This document shows, in pieces, positions 36,030-42,696 of a stretch of 42,696 nucleotides of DNA; positions within the stretch are counted from its first letter, which is position 1; the number at the start of each line of letters is the position of its first letter. Source of the stretch: a virus (Duplodnaviria; Caudoviricetes). The translations under genes and the position numbers were made by a program. The stretch lies in IMG/VR virus record IMGVR_UViG_3300036394_000004, positions 1 through 42,696 of that record; one strand, written 5' to 3'. Under the pieces are notes generated by a model. It was not told where the DNA came from and ran no database searches. It saw only the letters and a list, made by a program, of their open reading frames with translations.

Positions 36030-37003
36030 ACTGCGTGCCACAGCAAGCCGCCAACCCTATCCACCTGGTCTCGGTGTCAGGCGGCAAGGACAGCACCGCA
36101 ACCCTGCTTCTCGCGCTCGAGCTGCACGGCCACGAAAACGTGCGCGCCGTCTTCGCAGACACAGGCAACGAGCACAGAGCTACATACGACTACGTGGACT
36201 ACCTCGAGCACGCGCTCGACATTCCTATCGCACGACTTCGGCGCGACTTCACCGATATGTGGTGGCCGCGTCGCGACTATGTTCGCGACAAATGGCCTGA
36301 GAAAGGCGTGCCGCCGGAAACCGTTGCGAGAGCACTCGCGGTGTTCGAACGCGGACCAACGGGAAACCCATTTCTCGACCTCTGCATTATCAAAGCTCGC
36401 TTTCCGAGCCGCATGGCGCAGTTCTGCACCCAGTTCCTGAAGACTCAGCCTCTTACCGAACACGCGCTCGACATGATCGAGTCGACGGGGCGCTCGGTTT
36501 GGTCTTGGCAGGGCATTCGCATCGAGGAAAGCGAAAGCCGGCGCAAGCGATTTCGCGGAACCGGGTCATGCGTCGCCCACTTCGATGTTCTCGGCGGCGG
36601 CCTCTTCAACCATCGGCCAATCCTGCGCTGGACTGCTGCTGACGTGTTCGAGGCGCATCGGATCAAGGGCATCCGGCCCAATCCGCTGTACCTGCAGGGC
36701 CGCACCCGCGTCGGCTGCCTATGCGTCAACTCCGGCAAGGAAGAAGTCCGGCAATGGGACCTTCGCGACCGCGACCACATCGAGCGCCTCGATGAATGGG
36801 AGCAGATCGTCAGCGAGGTTTCCAAGCGCCGCAACGCGACATTTTTCCCCTCGCCCGGCGACAACGACACCGCACGCGAGCGAGGCGGCATCTGGCAGGT
36901 CGTGCAGTGGTCGAAGACTACGCGCGGCGGCAAGCAATTCAACCTTCTCGCCCAGTTGGACGAGTCCACATCCTGCAGTTCGGCCTACGGCCTTTGTGAA
37001 TGA
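36026..37003 (+). CDS. PAPS reductase-family protein
   Basis: SGGKDS PP-loop, ADTGNEH, GIRIEES..R, NPLY.QG..RVGC, C-terminal CSSAYGLCE. Confidence 0.9.
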   Translation: MNCVPQQAANPIHLVSVSGGKDSTATLLLALELHGHENVRAVFADTGNEHRATYDYVDYLEHALDIPIARLRRDFTDMWWPRRDYVRDKWPEKGVPPETVARALAVFERGPTGNPFLDLCIIKARFPSRMAQFCTQFLKTQPLTEHALDMIESTGRSVWSWQGIRIEESESRRKRFRGTGSCVAHFDVLGGGLFNHRPILRWTAADVFEAHRIKGIRPNPLYLQGRTRVGCLCVNSGKEEVRQWDLRDRDHIERLDEWEQIVSEVSKRRNATFFPSPGDNDTARERGGIWQVVQWSKTTRGGKQFNLLAQLDESTSCSSAYGLCE

Positions 37004-37467
37004 GCTCCACCATGAAACGCCGACTCCCCCGCTCCAACGTCAACCCCGCGACCTGGGCAATGCTCATCGCTGCACGCCAGGACACCCACTCGGGCACCGC
37101 CGATGAGGTCATGCTCAAGCTGCACGACGCCTTCAGCCAGCTCAAGGCCGGCACGACAGATGACGACATGTTCGACCGTCTCGCCTCCTGCATCAACGTC
37201 GGGCTCGTCCGGGCCGAGCAGATCGACCCGGTATGCGTTGCGCCGATGACGGCGGCCCGCGATGCGCTGATCCGGTGCGATGGCATTCGAGGGCGCCACG
37301 GACGCTATGGCTTCGACGGGCCCGGCCTGCACGCTATCGCCGCCGGCCTTGATGTCTACGAGGAAATGCTGCGCAACAGCACGCCGCAGCAGATGGCCGA
37401 AGCCGCAGCGACCTCCTACCACCTCACTCTGCGCCAGGCTGCAGCCGAGCAGGGCGCCCCGGCATGA
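37000..37467 (+). CDS. Hypothetical phage protein
   Basis: 155 aa helical; ATGA overlaps. Confidence 0.7.
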   Translation: MSSTMKRRLPRSNVNPATWAMLIAARQDTHSGTADEVMLKLHDAFSQLKAGTTDDDMFDRLASCINVGLVRAEQIDPVCVAPMTAARDALIRCDGIRGRHGRYGFDGPGLHAIAAGLDVYEEMLRNSTPQQMAEAAATSYHLTLRQAAAEQGAPA

Positions 37468-37904
37468 TGGCGCCCGAGTTCATCAGCGCGAAGCCCTTTC
37501 CTGGCGTGGTCGCGCCTGCGCCGCGCTGCAACCTCGCGACGGTGCGGAACTGGATGCTGGCGCTTCCTGAGGTGCAAGACCTCGCGACGCTGCCGCCCGA
37601 GGCCCGTGTCGCGCTCCGACGTGCGCTGCTGGCGGTAAGCGAGGCATGCCGCGCCAAAGGCAACGAGGCTTGGCGCAAGCACAAGCCGCCGATGGCGGCC
37701 TACTGGAAAGGGAATGCAGTGCATGCGAAACACCTCGCTCGCGCGATTCCCAAAGGGATGGCAACCACCGCGCCCGGGCACACAGAGGCCCCCTACACCG
37801 AGCCAATGCCGAGCGCGTCTCACCCCTTGGCCGGCGTGATCTACACCGCCGCAGCTAAGCCCACCGGCTGCAGGACGTTCGGCGCACCGAAAGGCTCCCA
37901 ATGA
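37464..37904 (+). CDS. Hypothetical phage protein
   Basis: AWRKHKPPMAAYWK motif; coupled. Confidence 0.7.
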   Translation: MMAPEFISAKPFPGVVAPAPRCNLATVRNWMLALPEVQDLATLPPEARVALRRALLAVSEACRAKGNEAWRKHKPPMAAYWKGNAVHAKHLARAIPKGMATTAPGHTEAPYTEPMPSASHPLAGVIYTAAAKPTGCRTFGAPKGSQ

Positions 37905-38479
37905 CCAAGACACTCACGGTGACCATCGATCCGACGACGCACACCGTCGTGCCGCTCGAGCCGACGCCTGAAATCATCGCCGGCGCCGCGCTGGCCGTGT
38001 GGCCAACTGCGAGCGCCGCGGATGTTGCCCTCGCGCGACAAGCCGCCCCGCTGGTGCTGATGAGCATGGACGGGGCGCAGGGAATGACCGCCGATATGCT
38101 CGCGGCCTCGCTGGCGACGATGGCACCGGCATACCGCGCGATGTTGGCCGCCGCACCGGCTCACAAGAGCAGCATGCCGAACTCCGCTCAGAGCATCGCA
38201 GCATGGATCGAACCGGGCGGGGCCGAAGTTGCACGCCAAGAGATGACCCGCGGTGCAGAGACGTGGAACATCTTCGCCCCAATGGTGTTGCGCGCTTTCG
38301 CCGACAGCCCGAGCGAGAACGCCCTCGCCCGAGCCTTCATCGGCTTCCTGTCGGCCATGGGTGGGGCGATCTGCGCCGAGCTAGGCAACCATCAGGCGCA
38401 GCTCGTGCTCGAGGCCGCAACGCGCGCCGTCGCGGCTTCGGCGGACACCATGCCCCAGCCGGGCCAGGGAGTGCACTGA
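37901..38479 (+). CDS. Hypothetical phage protein
   Basis: VVPLEPTPEI...YRAMLAAAP pattern; coupled. Confidence 0.65.
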   Translation: MTKTLTVTIDPTTHTVVPLEPTPEIIAGAALAVWPTASAADVALARQAAPLVLMSMDGAQGMTADMLAASLATMAPAYRAMLAAAPAHKSSMPNSAQSIAAWIEPGGAEVARQEMTRGAETWNIFAPMVLRAFADSPSENALARAFIGFLSAMGGAICAELGNHQAQLVLEAATRAVAASADTMPQPGQGVH

Positions 38480-39147
38480 TGGGCTGGGAAATCGGTTACG
38501 ACACCAACTGGCACCGGGACACCGGCTACGGCGTGCCGGCGATCTGCGACCAGCCAGGTTGCGGCGCGGAGATTCACCGCGGCCTCGCCTATGTCTGCGG
38601 TGGGGAACCCTACGGCGGCGACCGCGGCTGCGGCCTGTATTTCTGCGCTGCCCACCTGAAGGCCCACGAGCGCCTGCCGCAGCTCTGCTGCCGTTGCTCA
38701 CCGCGAGTGCGCATGCCCTTCTCGCCCACCGCTGATGTGCCGGCGTGGATCGAGCACAAGCTCACCGACGAAAGCTGGGCTGCCTGGCGCGCGGAACACC
38801 CCGAGTTCGCCGCCGAGCACGCGGCCCGGCGAGACGACCGCCTGACGGCTAAGCAGGCGGCAGACTGCCTGAAGCTCAACCCATTCGATATGGACTTCGG
38901 CAGCACGGGAGACCGGGTGCTGCGCGACAGGATCTGCACCGCGCGCATTACGGCTGAATGTCACATCTGCCCGGAGACCATCCAACCGGGCACCCAGCAG
39001 CGCCGCCAGGACGCGATCTATGACGATGCCATGCGGTCCTACCGCTGGTGTCGCACCTGCTGCGCGGCGATGGCGCTGTCATGGCGGGATGGAGGCAAGG
39101 CGCTCGATGCGCGCTATGCCCTGCACAGGAGGGAGGAACATGGTTGA
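38479..39147 (+). CDS. Cys-rich hypothetical protein
   Basis: GGAG SD; GYGVPAICDQPGC...GCGLYFC and CHIC...WCRTCC. Confidence 0.7.
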   Translation: MGWEIGYDTNWHRDTGYGVPAICDQPGCGAEIHRGLAYVCGGEPYGGDRGCGLYFCAAHLKAHERLPQLCCRCSPRVRMPFSPTADVPAWIEHKLTDESWAAWRAEHPEFAAEHAARRDDRLTAKQAADCLKLNPFDMDFGSTGDRVLRDRICTARITAECHICPETIQPGTQQRRQDAIYDDAMRSYRWCRTCCAAMALSWRDGGKALDARYALHRREEHG

Positions 39148-39370
39148 GGCCCTCACCCTTTCGGACAGCGAGATTCAGCAAATCACGCACCGGCAGCGCC
39201 CAGCCGCCCAAGCCCGGGCGCTGGACAAGCTGCAGGTGCCCTACACCCGTCGCATCGACGGCACGCTGCTTGTCGGCCGCGATGCCATGAAGCGCGCGCT
39301 CGGCGGGCCTGCAGAGAAAGAACCCGGCGGCGACGCCGCGAACGGATTGAACTGGAACAAGAAAGCATGA
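39140..39370 (+). CDS. DUF4224 protein, probable excisionase
   Basis: LSDSEIQQIT...AQARAL...RIDG; GGAGG SD; ATGA overlap with integrase. Confidence 0.78.
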   Translation: MVEALTLSDSEIQQITHRQRPAAQARALDKLQVPYTRRIDGTLLVGRDAMKRALGGPAEKEPGGDAANGLNWNKKA

Positions 39371-40395
39371 GACAGAGGGACCGTCAGTCACAAATGGGCC
39401 TGCTGCCCCGCATGGAGGCCCGTCCGCGCAAGGACGGGACATTCACCTACCGCTATCACCCCTTGGACAGCAAGCCGATCAACCTCGGCCAGGACAAGGG
39501 CCAGGCCATTCGCAAGGTACTCGACCTCACTAGCCGCGCTGGCGACGAGGGGCAGTTCTCTCGCCTATGGCGCCTGTATCAGGAGCGTCCGGAGTTCAAG
39601 CGCCTGGCCGACAGCACCAAGGACCAGTACCGCGACAACTGGAAGGAGTTGGAGAAGGTGTTCGCGCGCGGCGTGGTGGCCGCGATCAAACCGAAGGACA
39701 TCGCGCACTATCTTCGCGTGCACCGAACTAGCGCACCAGTGGTGGCGAACCGCGAGGTGGCCCTACTTTCGAACCTGTTCAACCTGGCCGTAGAGCTGGG
39801 CGACATCGATCGCAATCCATGCAAGGAAGTGCGCCGCAACCCCGAGGAAGCGCGCGACCGGCTGGTGGAAAAGAAAGAATTTGACCCGTTCGTTGCGTGG
39901 GCGCTACGTCAGGGGCCCAGCGCTATCGTGCTGGTCAGCATGGCTCAGTTCGCCGCCCTCACCGGAAACCGCCGCGCCGAGTTCCTGAAGCTGCATTGGC
40001 CCCAAGTCGATGAAGAGGTAGTGCAGCTACAGCGGGCCAAGCAGCGCGGCAAAAAATCGAAGCGCGAACTGGTCAGCGTGAGTTCGGCGCTACAGGAGGT
40101 GCTCGACCGGATGAAAGCCGTCGATGGTTATTCACCAATGGGCGCGGTATTTCGTGCGCCTCGCACCGGCAATGCATATTCGGACCGTGGTTTTAAGACG
40201 ATGTGGGCACGCCTTATGCAAAAAGCGCTCGACGCAAAAGTTATTGTGGAGCGCTTTACATTTCATGACCTTCGCGGCCATTACACAACCTATTTCAAAC
40301 TTCAGTTTGGTAAGTTGCCAGAACTACACAGTGACCCAAAAACCACTGCCTCAGTGTATGAACGTAGCCGAGAGGTGCGCCGAGAATCACTTTAA
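39367..40395 (+). CDS. int: Tyrosine integrase
   Basis: ANREVALLS, TGNRRAE (R), FHDLR (HxxR), LH, VYER (Y). Confidence 0.93.
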   Translation: MRQRDRQSQMGLLPRMEARPRKDGTFTYRYHPLDSKPINLGQDKGQAIRKVLDLTSRAGDEGQFSRLWRLYQERPEFKRLADSTKDQYRDNWKELEKVFARGVVAAIKPKDIAHYLRVHRTSAPVVANREVALLSNLFNLAVELGDIDRNPCKEVRRNPEEARDRLVEKKEFDPFVAWALRQGPSAIVLVSMAQFAALTGNRRAEFLKLHWPQVDEEVVQLQRAKQRGKKSKRELVSVSSALQEVLDRMKAVDGYSPMGAVFRAPRTGNAYSDRGFKTMWARLMQKALDAKVIVERFTFHDLRGHYTTYFKLQFGKLPELHSDPKTTASVYERSREVRRESL

Positions 40396-40410
40396 TCTAG
40401 ACAAAATGCA

Positions 40411-41223
40411 TCATGCCACCGGCTCTGCATCCCTGCCTCCATCGTCGTTTGCGCTTCCTCGGGTCTTAAGAGTGTTCTTTTCTATTGACTCCATAACTCG
40501 ATCAATCAAAGCGTGGGTATCCGCTTCGCGCGCCGCTATATTTTTTTGCAAACTGGCGGCCAAAAACCTACTCATTTTAGGATAGTTAATAGCAGCAATC
40601 TCACGCTCCGTCTTACCCTCCACAATAATAGCGGAACTCTCTAGATGCTGAATTCTCGAACTTAGGCCCCGGACACTTGCCAGGATTTCGGCAAGTACCT
40701 CATTAGAATCAGGCGGTGCTACCGGTGGCCCTTCTTCTGGATTTTCAGCAACTGCAGCAGCAAAATCGGCTTCAAAGGCGTTCCAATGGGCATCAAACGA
40801 CTTCTTCAATTGCGAATCAGTCAGCCTCATATCACCCAACGCAGAATTTATGGTTATGGCGAGCTTCCACATATCCACGTGATTTGGTAACGTGTGATTA
40901 AATTGCGATAGAGGCCCGAGTACATCTGTCGATTGCAAGTCGATTAATAACGTGCAAATCCTATTTGTATGAACGCCTTTAGCAATTGCCCCCGCCTCAA
41001 ACAATATCCAGGGTGCATTTTTATTTTTTTGTGTAAGACAGAAAATTCCCACTGTCGACTCTTGCAATTGTGTGCTCGTGTCGCCAAACCATTGCGCGCC
41101 ACGCTGGATATCTTCGGACGATAGCCAGGGGCGAGTGGCTTGTATCACCGCCATCAACCACTCGTAGACAACTAGAGCAACCGCATGGCTGCGCTCCCCC
41201 GACCAACTAAGAAAAACCTTCAT
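40411..41223 (-). CDS. TIR-domain protein with C-terminal extension
   Basis: KVFLSWSG, WLSSEDIQRG, PWILFEAGA (catalytic Glu), PLSQF; GGAGG SD; low GC. Confidence 0.9.
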   Translation of the reverse strand: MKVFLSWSGERSHAVALVVYEWLMAVIQATRPWLSSEDIQRGAQWFGDTSTQLQESTVGIFCLTQKNKNAPWILFEAGAIAKGVHTNRICTLLIDLQSTDVLGPLSQFNHTLPNHVDMWKLAITINSALGDMRLTDSQLKKSFDAHWNAFEADFAAAVAENPEEGPPVAPPDSNEVLAEILASVRGLSSRIQHLESSAIIVEGKTEREIAAINYPKMSRFLAASLQKNIAAREADTHALIDRVMESIEKNTLKTRGSANDDGGRDAEPVA

Positions 41224-41347
41224 ACGTCCTCCGTACTCTGCAGTCTACCCTGCAACTAAACGTATCCTTACTAGGGTTGATCCATGGTATCAACGGAAGC
41301 CTATCCTCGCTAGACTGCAACAATTCGCAACTGAGGATGGAACAGGT

Positions 41348-41719
41348 ATGACTGACAAAAAAGTGATTTTTGTGGCTTTCCCCATTGAGGATGAGCGTCA
41401 GCGCGACTTCTTGAAAGGTCAATCGCTACACACAAACTCCCCCTTTGAATACGTCGACATGTCAGTGAAGGAAGCTTACGAAACTGACTGGAAGGAAAAA
41501 GTTAGGACTCGAATCCGGCGCTCTCACGGTGTCATCGTTCTTGTGAGCAAGAACTCTCTGATGTCGACGGGGCAGAAATGGGAAATCGAGTGCGCGAAAG
41601 CGGAAGGCAAGAAAATCCTTGCGATCTGGGCTTACAGGGATGATCGCACCGCACTTCAGGGCGTTCAAACCGTGAATTGGACGTGGGATGCGATTTCCGG
41701 TTTTATTGACTCGCTCTAG
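41348..41719 (+). CDS. Short ThsB-like TIR protein
   Basis: [31 protein letters not shown] (catalytic Glu), WTWD. Confidence 0.9.
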   Translation: MTDKKVIFVAFPIEDERQRDFLKGQSLHTNSPFEYVDMSVKEAYETDWKEKVRTRIRRSHGVIVLVSKNSLMSTGQKWEIECAKAEGKKILAIWAYRDDRTALQGVQTVNWTWDAISGFIDSL

Positions 41720-41727
41720 GCCATATC

Positions 41728-42696
41728 ATGAGAAAAGCGGTTGTAATTGGCATTGACCATTACGAGCAAATCCCTGGCCTTCACGGCTGCGTTAACGATG
41801 CCTACAACGTGAAGAGCGCGCTAGAACGCAATATGGATGGCACGGTGAATTTTGGCGTTAAGCTTCTCACAGCAACTGGCGCGAGCGACCCAGTTTCACG
41901 GGCCGACATTCGCAATGCAGCCGAGTCGCTTTTCAAAGATGACAGCGATATTGCTCTGTTTTATTTCGCCGGTCACGGTCACATTGAAGCCACGGGAGGC
42001 TATCTTTGCGGAAGTGATTGCAAGAATGGGCATGATGGCTTGGCGTTGAATGAAATCGTGACATTGGCCAATAAATCCAAAGCACGAAATAAAATAATTA
42101 TTCTCGATAGTTGCCATTCAGGCGTAGCTGGCAATAGCACTGCAGCTGCACAAGCCGAATTGAGTGATGGTCTCACCATCCTTACGGCATCGACGGAACA
42201 CCAATATGCCTCGGAGGTCAACGGGTCAGGCGTATTTACCACCCTTCTCGTCGATGCCCTGAACGGCGCTGCGGGCAATCTACTCGGAAACGTGACACCT
42301 GGCAGCGTTTACGCCCATATCGACCAGTCGCTAGGTCCATGGGACCAGCGACCGGTCTTCAAAACGAACGTTACGAGCTTCGTTTCCCTAAGACAGGTTG
42401 TCGCACCTGTTTCTCTTGGAGACCTTCATCGGCTGACAGAATTTTTCCCTACTCCCGGGCATGTATTTCCATTAGACCCGTCGTTCGAACCCGATCCGAC
42501 CCGCCCCGCTGGAGCACCCACTCCTGACCCTGCCAACATGGCAGTCTTCAAAATTCTTCAACAATTCAATCGAGTAAATCTCGTCATTCCGGTTGATGCG
42601 CAACATATGTATTTCGCCGCAATGGAGAGCAAAGGCTGCAAATTGACCGTGCTCGGCGAGCATTACCGCCGGCTAGTGGAGCGCGATTTGATTTAG
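41728..42696 (+). CDS. Caspase-like (C14) protease, type IV Thoeris-like effector
   Basis: [22 protein letters not shown] (His), ILDSCHSG (Cys), GVFT; 8 nt after TIR gene. Confidence 0.93.
   Translation: MRKAVVIGIDHYEQIPGLHGCVNDAYNVKSALERNMDGTVNFGVKLLTATGASDPVSRADIRNAAESLFKDDSDIALFYFAGHGHIEATGGYLCGSDCKNGHDGLALNEIVTLANKSKARNKIIILDSCHSGVAGNSTAAAQAELSDGLTILTASTEHQYASEVNGSGVFTTLLVDALNGAAGNLLGNVTPGSVYAHIDQSLGPWDQRPVFKTNVTSFVSLRQVVAPVSLGDLHRLTEFFPTPGHVFPLDPSFEPDPTRPAGAPTPDPANMAVFKILQQFNRVNLVIPVDAQHMYFAAMESKGCKLTVLGEHYRRLVERDLI

Larger units (their letters stand above)
619..42696. mobile_element. Temperate siphovirus-like prophage; right boundary not in window
   Basis: Lysis, tail, head, terminase, replication, immunity and integrase modules in lambdoid order; tRNA fragment at left end. 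Confidence 0.93.

Noticed and set aside
36026-37003. Dnd phosphorothioation or sulfate assimilation operon
   Set aside because: Only the PAPS-reductase-like gene is present; no partner genes
40411-42696. CBASS, Pycsar, Avs or type I/II Thoeris
   Set aside because: No cyclase, STAND NTPase, SIR2-SLOG or Macro-TM gene within the window

Overview
Almost the whole window is one apparently intact temperate siphovirus prophage in a GC-rich bacterium, probably Burkholderiales (inferred from the H-NS type and the CTGT-N8-ACAG LexA boxes). Its left end is a 49-nt 3' fragment of tRNA-His (619-667), next to a host hns-like gene. No second att copy is present, so the right end lies beyond 42696. Left to right: SOS-box-associated accessory genes (0.8-2.9 kb); lysis cassette; non-contractile tail; lambda-type head and packaging genes with an embedded Mor-family activator; putative cos; replication initiator with internal origin; cII/cro/cI immunity region with five operators; early operon (DUF2303, HD hydrolase, C5-methyltransferase, PAPS-reductase family); DUF4224 and tyrosine integrase; and a low-GC defence cassette with a short TIR plus caspase-like protease (type IV Thoeris-like) and a divergent second TIR. 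Best non-obvious signals: a two-state structured leader before a lamin-tail-like accessory gene, twin parS-like sites with a 15-codon mini-ORF at the terS/terL junction, two activator-type late promoters with an SD-hiding hairpin on the capsid gene, a region apparently coding on both strands between cro and cII, and no tail assembly chaperone gene. All family calls come from reading motifs by eye; no searches were run.
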